The position numbers were made by a program, and so were the translations under genes. The notes below the pieces were generated by a model. That model was not told where the DNA came from. It did no database searches and worked only from the letters and a program-made list of their open reading frames with translations. Of a stretch of 64,000 nt of DNA, positions 36,032 to 49,989 are shown in pieces. Each line of letters opens with the position of its first letter. Position 1 is the first letter of the stretch. Source of the stretch: Geosiphon pyriformis uo1 (Eukaryota; Fungi; Glomeromycota); assembly GCA_016748015.1 (NCBI GenBank), contig JAAOMT010000627.1:310001-374000 (forward strand), given 5' to 3'.

Positions 36032-39000
36032 CCTGTTTTATTTGGAAGATTGCTATGTGTAATGTTCAAGGCATGAACATTCCTGCGAAACAAGAAGATA
36101 TAGTTCGTTGGCACAAGGACATGGGAAATTTGGTTTCTATTTTTACTGAGACAAAGTTGAAGGATAGGGTTCATCCCTAGATTGCCAACAAGTTTGATGG
36201 TGTTCGGGTGTTTTTCTCTGGTTTGGATTATAGTTATCTGGGTGGTGGTATGGCAGTTGTCATGGACTCTTCTTTGGCAAGGCATGTGTGCAGAGTTTCT
36301 GAAGTGCCTGGCCAGCTCTTGTCTGTTAGATTGCTTTTCAAGAATAAGCTCTCGGTGTCAATTCTAGGGCTCTACGCTGGCGCTTCTTCAGTGGTGCGGT
36401 TTTTTCAGGCTGATGAGATTAACTCTCTTATTGCAAAGGCTGTTAATGAATCTTCTTTCGTTATTCTCGGAGGTGATTTTATTAAAGATGGTTCTCATAA
36501 AAGTGCAAGTTTCAAAAGATGCTTTGATTTGGGTCTGGTCAATTCTTTAGTTGGTAGCCTAGCTGCGAAAACGTCCACTTGGGAAAATTCTAGGGGTGTT
36601 ACAAAAGTAATTGATTATGTGTTTGTCTCCTCATGTCTTGTCAATGTGATAGTGCATTGTAAGGTTTTGAATGTCAGTGAGCATTTTAACACAGATCATT
36701 GAGCTGTTTCAGTGAATTTGGGTTTGGGCAGGCTCTTGGATACGTGCTTGATTTCTTTTCGCAAGCAGGCGAATAGAGATTGTTGGAAGTTTAACGTCAA
36801 AGGTGCCAATGATACTAGGTGGTTGGAGTTCAAGGATGCTTCAGCTGTCAATGCTTCTATGTTTTCAGATGCTTTTAAAGTGGCAGTGAGGTTTTCAGAT
36901 GTGGACACTATGTGAGACATTGTTCACAAGATCATGGTTCTTTTAGCAGGTGGTACATTCAAGAAAAAATGGTTCAAAGATTTTGACGGCGTGTTTACCA
37001 GGACTTCTTCTAGGTTTCACAAACTGGAGCTGCTGGTTTCTAAGTTGGTTAAGGCCTCACATTTGGCTTCGAGTGATGGTTTTGCTTCTTTGTTGGAGGT
37101 GTGGTACAGACTTGACTCTCCTGGTGCATCGGAGGTTAAGTCTCTGTTTCTTTCAGGTTCTAATTTTGATATTATTTGTTCTGCGCTAGCCAAAGCAAAA
37201 AAATCATACTGTTCTTTGAAATTTTTGGAATCCAAGCGTGCTGAAGAATCTTTGATCAAGCAGGCTATTGGTAAGAGAATAGAGAGTTTTGAGCTGAACA
37301 AGGGTCACATCATTAGAAGTGTTTTGGAGTGTCCTTTTCGCAAGGTGGTCCTAAATCATCTGGTTGTAGAAGAAGAGTTGATTTTGGAGCCCGATTTGGT
37401 TAAGTCCAAGGTGAATGAAATTATGGAGGGATGGACCAGAAAACGTGAGGTGGTGTTTGACTTCTCTGAGGATTGGGTTCGTCAATTTCGGCCTCTGGAT
37501 TACGTGTTCAATGGTGCTTTCTCTGATGTCATGTGCTCGATCAGTTTTGATGAGTTGTCAACTGTTGTTAAAGATCTTCCTGATGGAAAAGCGGCTGGTC
37601 TTTCTGGTATCTCCAACAAATTGTGGAAACATTGTGACAAATCTATTTTGGATATGCTTTTGGTGCTCTTGAATTTCTGTCTGGTTGGTGAGTTGGTTCT
37701 TGGGCCTTAGAGAGAAGCTTGGGTCTCAATAATTCCTAAACCATATGAATGAGAGGAAGTTCTCACGAACACCCATCCTATAGCTTTAATTGAAACAGCC
37801 TGCAAGATTCTCTCCAAGATCCTTTCAGATAGGATCTCTTTGACTTGCAGCACTTTTAATGTTCTTCATGGAGACAATTTTTCAGTTTTGAAAGATATGA
37901 TGACGCAGTCTCCCATTTTTGCTGTCAGTTCTGTGGTTGAAAATGCCTTGGAGAAGAACCGTGAACTTTGGCTGGTTTTACAGAACATGTACAAGGCTTA
38001 TGACTCGGTTGGTTGAGAACATTTTAAAAAGAGTTTGATCAGGATCAAAATGTGTGACAGATTTATTAGATTTTTTGGCAGTATTCACAATGGTCACGTC
38101 AACAGAGTGATAACTGACTTTGGTTTAACTGATGGGTATTGTGTCCACGATGGGCTGGATCAGGGTGAAGTTTTCTCGCCTCTTCTCTGGTGTATTTTTT
38201 ATGATTCGCTTTTGTGCAAGGTCAAGAGACAGGAGAGTGTGTGGGGCTACAGGTTGAATTCTCATTATGTTTCTAAAACAGGCCGAGTAGATCCTCGTGC
38301 TGGATTGACTTTGTTTCTCACTGCTGGTGCTTTCGTCGATGATACTATTTGGATTGGTAGCAGCCAGACTGCTACACAACATATTCTGAATATTGCTAGT
38401 GAGTTTTTCAGGTTCAATAACATTTTTGTGAATAACAACAAGACAGTAGCCATCCTTATCAACTGTCGGGTGTTGGACTCTTGTTTAACTATCAGTAGTG
38501 CACCTATTTCTATCGCCAGGAAAGGGGAATCTCATCACTATTTGGGTATTTTTTTGTCTTCTGGGGGTCTTTCGAAGCCTAGCTTGGCTAAAGCTCAGGC
38601 TGATGTATGGTTTTTTGTGAATCTTGTTTTGAGGAAGGTGATTTCGGACAAACAGTGTGCATATTTGGTGTCTGCAGTTTTTTTTTCTATCATCAGCTAC
38701 AGGACTCAGTTCAGTTTTGTTTCTTTGGGTGTTTGTAGTAAATGGGACATGTTGGTACACAAGATCTTTAAGTCCAAGTCTGGGTTGCCACGTGATTTCC
38801 CCAGTGATGCTCTTCATCATCTCTCTCTGTACAATCTAAAGACTTTCGAACAAATCCAGGCTGAGAGTAAATCAGCCTCTATTATTGCTTTTGCAAATTC
38901 CACTGGTGTCTTGGGTTGCTTGTTTTCACATAGGTCTCATAACCTCCAGGTTCTCAGCTGGCATCCTCGTCATCCCTTAATGTTTCCGGCTCGTATTGGT

Positions 39001-40723
39001 GTTAGTCTCTCAAATAATTTTTTGGCTGGTGTGGTTCATATTTTTTCCAGGTGTGATTTGTCTTTGGGGGGCCCTTTGGCTTGTGCTTTTCATCATTGGT
39101 GTGGTACTCCTATGTCTTTGGTTCTAGGTGATTCCTGTTTTTTCAAGTGTGTCTCTTCGCTCAAGCATTATGAGATTGCTTTTGTGGAACAGCTTTGTGA
39201 CCATAATAGTGATGTTTTTAGTTGAAGAACCTTCAAGCATTGGAAAAGGCTGGACCCTCGTGGCCTAGTCTCTTTCTGGTTTGATCTTTCCATTTACTTT
39301 CTTGGTGGTGTTGTATCTCTCTCCTCAAGTTCTTCTTTGGCGGATGGTCATGCTGTGTCTGACATTTGTCTTTTTCATGATTTTGGTGTGGTTTGTGACA
39401 CTTTGCCAACCATTGGAGCTGTCTGCCTTTCTGTGTATACAGATGGATCTCTTTCTGGTCTGGGCTCTGTTGACGTAAGGGCAAGTGCTGCTGTTTTTTT
39501 TAAGGACATTAACTTGGGTTTGGGTGTTGGGGTGTTTGGTTTGGTTTCTTTTACTCTGACGGAGCTGCAAGCCATAGCTTTGGTCCTTGAGTGTGTTTTT
39601 TTTTCTCGTTCAGTTGATTTGTTCTCGGATCTCGGATAGCCAAGCTGCTTTAGATGCGTGTAGGTCAGAATTGTCACTGGCTTGTCCGGATTTCAGGAAC
39701 TGCTGTTGGATTGAGCATCGTCACATTACTACTGTCATTTGTCGGAAAAATTTGGATGTGAATTGGGTCAAGGTGAAGGGTCATTCAGGTGTCTCAGGCA
39801 ATGATTGTGCTAATGCACTTGCTAAAGATGCTGCTCTTTCTGCTTGGTGCTTACCTCATTTGGTCAGTGAACGTTTTCTGTGTGCTAGTGGTGTGGCAGT
39901 TTCTGGTAATTCTAGACACTTTGTTCATGATGTTTTCCAGTCAGTCCATCGAGCTCATTGGGAGGTCGGAGTGGGTTCTCGTGTCGTGGATAATAGGTTG
40001 CGCGCTAATATCAATTGGTCTAAGTCTTCTATGGTGTGGCACCCTAATTCTCACTTGGCATTCGGTTTTACCAGCATGCACATGGCTAGTTGTCGTACTT
40101 ACTTTATGAAGGCTCTTTATCATCGGCTTTCTATTGCTGTGCGCAAGCATTTGTATGATAAAAGATACCCCAGTGTAATCTGTCTGTTCTGTGGTAATGT
40201 TGAGACCTCAGATCACGTCTTTTCGTGTCCTCAGGATGCCGTTGGTCGTGCTCGTTTGTTGGACACTCATGCTTCAGCTTGGAAGGCTCTTTTTGGTCTG
40301 TCTCATTCTTCTTTTTGTGTCTTACAGGCTTTGGCTTCTTGTGTTTCTGAGGTTGGAATTGGTGTTGCTCTGTGTAAAGGCTTTGTTTTTGATAAGTGGT
40401 TTCATGAATCTGTCTCGGTTTTTAATGATTCTAATGAGGGTACTAAAAAAATTGTGAGCTTTGTGCATGGGTTCTGTCTTGTATTTCGGGACGACATTTG
40501 GTTGGTCCGCGCCAGACACTGAGCGTTTATGGAAAAGTGCGGTTTGATTCTGCGTAACAGCTCAACTCTTGTTTCAGTTTCTGGTTTGTCTAAGGTGTTT
40601 TCGGCTGGTGTGGTTAGATTGCTGGGAGTGGCTGAGGCTTTTGAAGTTGGTTTCGGGTTTCGTAGGTTTTGTCCATTTTTTTCAGGTATTGGAGATTTGG
40701 TTTCTGTGCATATAGATGTATAG
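36028..40723 (+). pseudogene. LINE-B ORF2 (APE-RT-RNaseH-zinc finger), disrupted
   Basis: CNVQG, ETKL, GGDF, TDH; DQGEVFSPLL, AFVDD; YTDGS, KVKGHSGVSGNDCANALAK; CLFC..ETSDHVFSC; a 7-bp duplication near 39624-39637 shifts the frame. Confidence 0.93.
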
Positions 40724-43700
40724 TGTAGTCCTGACTGGCCTGAGTGGCTGGTCACATGTAGAAAACGCATGATTCGCACCTAGTTTAGATCATTTGTATG
40801 ATGTATAGCACTAAGTCGCGTTTGGACCTCACTCGTTAAATAAATAAAAAAAAAATATATTATATTAGATTATAGTTAAGCTAAATATTAAATTTAATAA
40901 TCCAATATAATTAAATAATTTTTTATGCTTTAATATTTTTGTTCTATAAATAATATGAATAATATAATTAAATTAACATTAACAATTAAGATTTATAAAT
41001 GTTTTTTTATTAATATAATAAATTTTATTTAATAATTAAATTATAAATAGAATTTTAATTATTAAAAACTAAATTTAAAGTTTTATTGTTTATTTTATTA
41101 ATAAATATTATTATTTATAATCTTAAAAATTTATTAGACAAAATAAATAAAAAAACTTGTATTATTAATTACAATTTTGTTGTAAATAATAAAATTAAAT
41201 ATGATATAATTTGTTTTAAATTTAAAAAAATTTAAACATAAATTTATTACATAATTTTAGTTTTTAAAAAAATAAATTTAGTTTAAATTAAATTAAATTT
41301 GGCTTGTTTTAAAAATTGTGGTTTTAATTATATAAAATTAATCTAAAAAAAAAATTGTTAAATATATATTGTGTATAATTAATTAAAATTATTTTGTTGT
41401 TATTTATATTAAAATAATATATTTATTTTTTATCAACAAATTTTAAGCTTAAATAATATTATTAAATTATAAATTTAATTTTATTATAATTTTAGTTGAT
41501 AATTTTACAACTTTTTGGTTAATAGTAATTATAAGACAAATAATAAAAGTAAAACTAATCTAAAACAAAAAAATTTAATAATAATTTAATAATTAACCTT
41601 CTTATTAATATGTATAATAATAATATAAATAATAAAAAAATTATTTTTTCTGTATTTAATTTTATAATTTTAAAAAATAAATAAATTGATTTCAAGATTA
41701 TAAAAATTTTTATAAAAGTATTTGTTAATAAATTCTATATTTTAAATATTAATTTATTTGTAATAGAAAACAAATCAGCAATAATAAAAATGCAGATTAT
41801 TAAAAAAAAATTTAGATAGTATTATTTTTTTAAAATTTAAAAATATTATTATATCTATATTTATATTAAAAAAAGTTTTAATAAGACTGTTTTATTAATT
41901 ACTAAAAAAAAATTTAAGTAAATAACAATCTTAAAAAACAAAAAATTAAATTAAATTAAATTGTAATAATAATGAAAATTTTTATAAATACATTTAAAAA
42001 AATATTTGTTTTAGCTTGGTCAAATAATATTAATTTAATTGCAATTTATTAAATTATAACAAAAAACCATAATAAAATTTGCTAAATTAAATTAAACTGA
42101 TTTTTTAATGTTAAAATAATCTGTTTTTTTTTTTTTTTATTAAGTAATAAGTACAGCCCAACCACTACCTAAGTACATAAGATTAAACAGGATTCTAAAT
42201 TAAGCATGGCTCATGCTTTTTCTATATGTAACCAGTTACTTGGATCAGTCAAAACAACACTATACACCTAAACTACCTACTACAGGGAAGTCATGCAGAA
42301 AACCAAAATACATACTTGCCAACTCAGGATGCAAGCCAAAACACACATGAATACCTAATTTGATGCCAAAATCACAAATCTCCTTATAAAACTACCAAAA
42401 GACCAATTCAAAAATGGCTGATATCACAGATTCATTCCTTGGCAAAAAGTCATGCTTTTCATAATATACTTTCAGCCTGGCATTTAACACCTAAATAATA
42501 GATCTGTGGCTTTCAGCAAAGTCACAGACCATGTTAATGACTAATGACCCTCTATCAAACCCAGAACCCAACATACTCATAGTGTTATTTACCTAATTTT
42601 TTACCACAAAACCCTTGGCTAAAGCTATATATAAGTGATCAGACAATTTAACTATATGCAGGGATTGAACCACAGTGCATCTAGCATAGCCAACACCCAG
42701 CACAATGGCCCAAGCACTAACCATATTAGAAATCAACTTCTTCCTGGCATCAAAGTTTTTTTCACATAAAAATACATGATCAAAATCATCAGTCAAACCA
42801 CAATGGATGCACAAAATGCTAGAATAACTCAACTTGTATAATCTTTTTCTTTTTGCAATAGACAGCCAATAGTGTAGGGTCTTTATAAAATAAGACCTGA
42901 GTGCTGTAGAGCCAGAGCTAAAAAAGCCTAAGTGAATACTACTATTTGGATGCCAAACTTTGAATGTTCAGCACATATTAAAACACACATTAAGACTAAG
43001 ATCCACAGCATATCTTGCACACCTAAATTCCCATCTAACAAAATTAACAGCATTGAAAAGATGCCTTACAAAGTGATGAGCATTACCAGAGACAGGCCTG
43101 TCTTCAACAGCAAGAAAGCAATGCATCATACTAACAAGCAGCACAAACTTTGAACTAATGGCAACATCCACAAAAAAGTTTGCACACTCATTACCAACAA
43201 TCCCAGAGTGACTCTTGACCTTGACTCAAACAACTGACAGATTCTTAGAAGCAACAATAAAACAGATGTGTTCCTTCTCAATCCAGTACTTTTTGTGAAA
43301 GTCAGGGTCAACAAAATGGTCCAAAGAAGAACACATATCCAAAAAAGCCTAGCTATCTGTGTATAAGACCACAAAGCTCAAATCAGGAATGCAGTCCAAA
43401 ATGAGAACAATGGTCTGCAGTTCTGTAAGAGTTGAAAACAGCAGACCACAAACCCTAACACCTACATTTAGGTTGACACATGGAAAGTAAACAGCGGCAC
43501 AATCACAAGCACACATAAACCCCAAACTCTTGACTAAGCCATCAGTATAAATATCTATAATACCAGATCCAAACTGTATGAGACGATCATTAGCAAACTC
43601 AAAATTGTACAAAAACCCACTCAAAGCAGAACAACAATCTACAGCATCACCACCAATCAAACCACTGTCCTCAATAAATTTGACTGTAGAGACAAACCAA

Positions 43701-46700
43701 TCAGGAATGCAGTCTCTGGGATCCAATCTCTTCTATTTGCAAAATGTGCACCACTTGAAGCATACACTATGACAGTTCAGAAGCTGGTTCACAAAGACAA
43801 TGCCAAACTTTTGCAATAACTTAACTACACTCAAGTAGCCTTCAACACCTAATACATCTACAACAGAAACACTGATGCCAGATTGAAAAACATTAGAGAT
43901 GTTATTGATTAAGAAAGATCCACATGACACTAATATGTTGGTCATATCAGCCAAAAAGCAGTTTGTGGAATTAATTGACAATATAACTGGAAAACTAAGG
44001 GGTTGCCAGGCATCCAACTGATGGTCTATAGATCTATAGCCCTGTGTTCAAACAGTCTGCTAAGAACACCCTTTGAGTTGGCAAAATTAACCAAATTAGC
44101 CAGCAAGCATTCTGCCTGCACTTGACCAAATGACTTCAAACTATAGAACTCAGAATAATACAAAGCCTCATTGGGAAAGTCTCTGGATAAGTTAGCTTTG
44201 AGCTTTAAACTTTTCCTTAATAACCTGTCCCATTTTTTGCACACATCTAGCAACACATAAGTGAATTGAATTCTGTAGTAAACTATAGGCTGAAGTATCA
44301 CAGACACTAAATACAAAAATGGTTTGTCTAAAACAGCTTTTCTCAAAACTATATTCATAAAAAACCTAATGTCTAAATGGGTCTTATTCAGACTGGATTT
44401 GAAAAAACCATTCATAGACAAAAAAATTCCCAAATATCTGTGAGATTTATTCTTCTTAGCAATCAAAATATTGGACCCACTAATCTGCAGCTGAGAGCAC
44501 TCCACTTTCTGGTTGATTGGTATGACTACTGTCTTATCTGTGTTGATTGAAATGTCATTGACCTGAAAGAACTCGCTAACTATATCCAGAATATTCTGAG
44601 TAGCAGTTCTGTTATTACCAATTCAAATAGTATTATCTACAAAGACCCCAGCTGCCAGAAATGAAGTCTGCCCACCCTTGGGATCCTGCCTGCCAGATTT
44701 AGTGAAAAACTTTAAGTCCAATCTGTATTCATATAATTTTTCATGTTTTTTGACTTTGCAGAGCAAAGAATCATAAAAAATCTTTCACAATAATGGTAAA
44801 AAGACTTCTTCTTGATCAAGACCATCATGGACAACATAACTTTATGTTAGCCCAAAATCTGTTATTACTTGATTAATATGGCCATTGTATATGCTACCAA
44901 AGAACTTAATAAAACGGAGACACATCTTAATTTTGGTTAAACTGTTCAACATGTAAAGTCATCCAATAGAGTCATACCCTTTTTGCATATCCTGAAAAAC
45001 CAGCCATAACTCCCTATTCTTTTTTAGTGTATCTTTAACAATCAAACCAACAGCAAAAATTGGAGTCTGAGTAGATGTTTCTTTTAAGACTGAGAAGTTA
45101 TCATCATGTAACACATCAAACTTATTGCATGCTGAAGAGATTCTGTTAAATAAAATTTTGGAGAGTATCTTCCAGGCTGTCTTAATTAAAGCAATTGGTC
45201 TGGTATTAGTAAGAGTTCCTTCCCAATCATACAGTTTTAGTATCATGGAAACTTAAGCATGCTTCTATTGTACAGGTACAGTACCAAAGACCAAATAAGC
45301 ATTAATAATATTCAGCAAACCACTCAGAACCAGTTCATTACTATGTTTTTAAAGCTCATTAGGAATGCCAGAGAGATCTGCAGCTTTCTTGTCAAACAAA
45401 CTTTTGATCACTTGAAAAAACTCACCAGAACTGATATTACTTATAACATCACAAAAAGCATTGTTATTAACATAATCCAAAGGAGCATACTGACTAGACT
45501 ATTGAGTAGGTATGAAGTTGGAGATTGCATGTTTTTTCATCCATTCTTCCATAATATTATTAACCATGGACTTAACCTCATTAGGCAATAGTATCAGATT
45601 ATCATTAACAATTAAATATTCAAGCACTATTTTGTAAAATAGACACTCCAAAACACTTCTGATCATCTGCTCTTTATTGGAATAAAAGTTCTCCATGTAT
45701 TTCTCAATTGCCTTTCTAATAAGTATATCTTTTGCAACTTTAGACTCAAAATATTTGGACCTGCAGTACTTTTTTTTGATATTTGACAAATGATGTAAAA
45801 TAGAGTCCAAACTTGCACTATCATTAATCATGTTTCACAAATTAGAAGCCTCTTTCTCATCAACAATAGACCAAGCTCTGATTAAGCAATTAGCCTCAGA
45901 ACTACCAGATAATCTTAAACACTTCATCAGCTTAGCTACCAACAATTCCAGTTTGAAAAATTTTGACAAATGTTTATTTCTCAAGCAATTAAACTTACTA
46001 AACCAGTATCTAGAAAACATTTTATCAGTGGCCCCAACCACCACGTTTTTAAGGATTGCCCACATAGTATCCAAATTCCCATCAACTTTTGCACTATTAA
46101 ACTTGGCAGATTTAACCAAAAATCTGTTCAGTAAGCATTTTCTGAAATATAACCACTTCTCAACACCAACATTTTTGATTTTGAATTTCTACCTATCCCT
46201 ATTAGCTTGCTTACATTCACTATTAAGGCTAGTATCCAGTAGACCACCCAAGCCAATTGAGACCAAAACAACACTGTGATTAGTATTGAAGAAATCAGAA
46301 GCAGGTTCAATCTGATGACCAACCACCATAAAAGACAGACTTTTACTTACAAAAATAAAATCAATAACCCTTTCAACACTCTTTGAGTTGTTCCAGGTAG
46401 AAGCATTGACAAGTAAATACCCAGCAAAAGAATTAACCAAACCAAGATCTGAGCAAAACTTGAAGCTTGCACTTTTCCTAGAGCTATTTTCATTAAAATT
46501 CTCACCAAGCATTACAAATGTGCTAGAATTAACAGCCTTAGCAATAAAAAAATTGATTTCTGAAGCCTAATCAAACCTGTTTGCAGTAGAAGCACCAGCA
46601 TACAAGCCCAAAACTATAACAGAAAACTTGTCTTTAAAGAGAAGCTGTACTGAAATAATCTGACCAGAAATGTCCTCAATCTTAGAAACATGACGAGCCA

Positions 46701-46830
46701 AAGAACTGTTCATGATAATAGCTACCCCAGCACCAAAAAATCTTTTATCCAAACTAAATGAAAAGACACATATTCTCTCAAACTTGTTCATAATCCAAAG
46801 TTTGATGTCAGGTCTTAACTTTGTTTCTGT

Positions 46831-47670
46831 TGTTACCGGAGGTTTTTGGTCTCTTTTCTGTAATGTTGTTGATACTTATTTGCTGTGAATTCACGTTTTC
46901 TGGATGTGGTTGAACCTCCAGTAACTGAATTTATCTTCAAATTATCTCCTATAATTTGAACTTGCTGGGCTTATAAGTGGAATAGCCAATTCCGTGCCAG
47001 TTGCTTTATGTAGTTATGTTGTAGTAAATGTCAACTCTTTCCCAGGAATTGCTTGTCTGGAAGCTCACTAAAAATGTGTAGTTACTTTGCTGTGAAAGTC
47101 AACTCTTCTACANNNNNNNNNNNNNNNNNNNNNNNAGTTGGGTTTTGGGGATTTTCCAAGTACAATAATTAAAGAATTTGGTTTTTCGAATTATTTGATA
47201 TTTATTTCTTTTTGTGTGTATAGGAATGGTTCTAAGTGATAAATCTAAAGTAAGATACATTTTCTCAAAAAGAGAAGCTCTTCTTTTATACAATTTGTCA
47301 TAACACTATTCTATGAACTTGAACTTTGCTATTTTCTAAAATTTTGCTGAACTAAAGATACATTTCGGCAAATTACAAGTTATTTTGGCGAACTATTAGA
47401 TATTTCGGTAAACTATCAATTATTTCGGCAAATTTCTACAAATTTCAGCGAACTTCTGAATGTTACATAGTTCGGGGTATTGCATGATTGATCATTACAA
47501 TTAGGTTACATTTGTGTTGTGTACAATTTGGGTTATTAATTAAATGATAATTTTGGACATTTTTGCTAATGTAATAAGTGATTATTTGAAATAATAATAT
47601 ATGCTAATTAATGATAGAAATTATAAGATAATTTCATGCTAAATAATATCTCTAATTTTGTCTGGTAACA
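46831..47670 (-). repeat. E1-family LTR (solo, or a collapsed element) inserted in the LINE-C endonuclease; 4-bp TSD CTGT/CTAT
   Basis: TGTTACCGG...CTGGTAACA; reverse complement aligns with 1645-2594; removing it and one TSD copy restores the SFITETKLR frame. Confidence 0.9.
47113..47135. other. Assembly gap (23 N) inside the LTR
   Basis: Run of N. Confidence 1.
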
Positions 47671-47787
47671 CTATAATAAAAGAGACCATATTCCTAGATT
47701 CTTTATGCCAATAAACAATGTCCACCTGCTTGGCAGGAATATTAATACCTTGAACATTACATGTGGCAAATCTCTATACTAGCTCTG

Positions 47788-49620
47788 TCATTAAGAGAAA
47801 GAAGTAGCAGGAACCAAACCAGCATTGTCCATTTTGGCCAAAAGGCCCATAACTGTAATTGCAAGATTTTTTAAAGTGTTCTCTATTTTTCCGATAACAG
47901 AAGTATTAAAAACTACTGCCCCTGCAACAGTCTCACTATCAGTAGCCACACTCAAACCCTTACTCATCATTATATCTGTCCCTTGATTCTGTGATAAAGG
48001 GGTTACTAATGGCTGACATCTAGAACTAAGCTGGAAAACCATTAGCATAGGTGTTTTCAATCTCTTAGCCAGCTTATCTACATGCTCTGCAAGGCTGGCA
48101 AGACTGTGCTCAAGAGTGGCAAACCTATTATTGATTTCTGTTACAACTGGTAGGAATGGCTTTATCTCTGAAGAAAAGCCAACATTCACTGAAACAACTT
48201 GGCCAAAGAGAGGGGGATAAGAAGACCTACTAGCAACTTTTGTTCAAGAGAGACCACCAAAAAAAATGGGGTGAGCCACTAAAGCAGATCATTTGGCATA
48301 TATTGCAGCTAGCCTGCTTTTATCTGAATTTGAAAGCACCTTACACAATGGGATACCAGAAGAAATCTTTTTACTCTTAACACAGCTTAATGATATATGA
48401 TCCAACTTCTTACACTTAGCATATCTGGCAGAAACAAAACTAGCCCAATGTAAATTAGTGCCTCTAAGCACAGATGTGGTTCCCATGGCAGCATTCAATG
48501 ACTCAGCAGAATCGAAACAAACAACAGCACATTTGGTCTGAGCATATGTAACTGGATAATGGTTGATGATGCAAGTTTTCCCACCTGTAGATCGAATAAA
48601 ATCTCAGATATCATGAGCATTAGTTCCCATTAGCAGTATATAGAGCAGCACCTTATAATGATCTCTTGCATTTCATGTTTCTTTGTCTAAGTCAGCCCTG
48701 GTAACACACACAGCATCCTTTCCAATTAGGATGGACCACTTAGCTGCGACCAAATCAGCATAATTTGATCACTCAAATTCTACCACTGCTTTCTGCTACA
48801 GCTCTACCAACTGTATTTTGATCAACTTAATTATTCCAAACTCGGATAGTACAGTGTACACAGCCTCAGCCAATATTCCAACAAGAATTTCCTTAATCAC
48901 CACAGCCCAATCTGAATGACTAGTTGATTTCTTGAGATCAGTGTTTACTAAAATATCTGCCATTCTTGCCTTTTCTGTAGTCTGTGCCAAACTAGATTCG
49001 GAAGTAAATAAAGCATGGATAATTCCTGAGAATTTTGAGGGAGTAGAGGCCTTTCCAAAACCATTGATTCTTGAAAATAACTTTCTGACTGCCACAAGCT
49101 TTTCTTGAGCGGATTTTCCAACAACATTATCTAAACTGATATTTAAAGCAAAAGATTTCCTAACAGAAACATTGACCAAGTTTTTTAAAAGGGGAGGAAA
49201 CACCACCAGGCCATCCAAAAGAATGTTACTATCATTATTATTGCCCAAGAAATTGATCTTGCCCAAAGCTTGCTTAGTAACTAATCTAGGACCTTTCAGT
49301 ATTTGGTTATTATTATTACTTTCAGAAAGGTTTTTTTCTTCATAATCCACACTTGTTTCCTTAATTAAAAACTCTTTTTCCATATCTACACTATCAAATT
49401 CAGTAGTATTACTAGCTTCAGACTTCCAAAAACCACTAACAGCTTTTTTAGACAAAACCAGTTTACTAATAGTATTATCTTTCAAAACACCATCTTTTCT
49501 CTTCTTTCTAGAAGCAATATCCTTTTCAATGTCTATCTTAATATTAACAAAACTAGAGCCGTTAACAGACTTCTTTATTACAGCAACACTACAGCCAACA
49601 GTGGCTTCATAATCAAGCAA
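47788..49620 (-). pseudogene. LINE-C ORF1, disrupted
   Basis: Fragments 48796-49620, 48289-48498 and 47791-48189 homologous to LINE-A ORF1. Confidence 0.85.
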
Positions 49621-49827
49621 AAAAGATTTGGATTTATCATACTGAATTGTAAAAAACTTTTTTTAGAAAAAAAACTTTTGACTCTTTTTTGGAAATTTTG
49701 GACAAAGGAGAGAAAGAAGTTTTTTTTCTGTTTTAATTAGTAAAAATTCTGTATAAATAATTAAAACTGTTAAAAATTATAGTATTTAAATATTTAAAAA
49801 TTATTTTAAGATGTTGTTATTTATATA

Positions 49828-49980
49828 TTTTTTTTTATTTTTTATTTTATTTAATGAGTAAGGTCCAAATATTGCCTAGTATTATACATCAAAAATTGAT
49901 TTAAATTAGATATGAATCATGTATTTTCTACACGTGATCAGCCACTCAAACCAATTAGGACAATATTAAGCACCTACATA
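49828..49980 (-). mobile_element. Severely 5'-truncated LINE (3' UTR plus poly(A) only) of the LINE-A/B type
   Basis: Reverse complement matches the 3' UTR at 40723-40850 (GAGTGGCTG.TCAC.TGTAGAAAA..CATGATTC...TTGGACCT.ACTC.TTAAATAAA). Confidence 0.85.
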
Positions 49981-49989
49981 ATATTATTT

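Larger units (their letters stand above)
33949..40855 (+). mobile_element. Full-length LINE-B, the least eroded LINE copy
   Basis: ORF1 and ORF2, 3' UTR close to that of LINE-A, poly(A); candidate TSD ATATATTATA at 33932-33941 and 40855-40864. Confidence 0.94.
42260..47791 (-). pseudogene. LINE-C ORF2 (APE-RT-RNaseH), disrupted and interrupted
   Basis: LGLYAGAS, STWNNS..IDFIFVS..TNH, LTNTRPIALI, RYLGIFLS, IYTDG, CIHC. Confidence 0.9.
42124..49720 (-). mobile_element. Full-length LINE-C, interrupted by an E1-family LTR
   Basis: Poly(T) at 42124-42138; ORF2 and ORF1 fragments on the minus strand; 5' end nearly identical to LINE-A; candidate TSD TCTGTTTT at 42120-42127 and 49727-49734. Confidence 0.92.

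Noticed and set aside
34144-40779. Numerous antisense and alternate-frame ORFs over LINE and Gypsy coding regions
   Set aside because: Shadows of the real TE frames, with no motifs and no conservation between copies
40865-42119. Identity of this AT-rich block (also 2600-3045 and 18425-18760)
   Set aside because: Probably ghost TEs, but no motif could be decoded with enough confidence to assign a family
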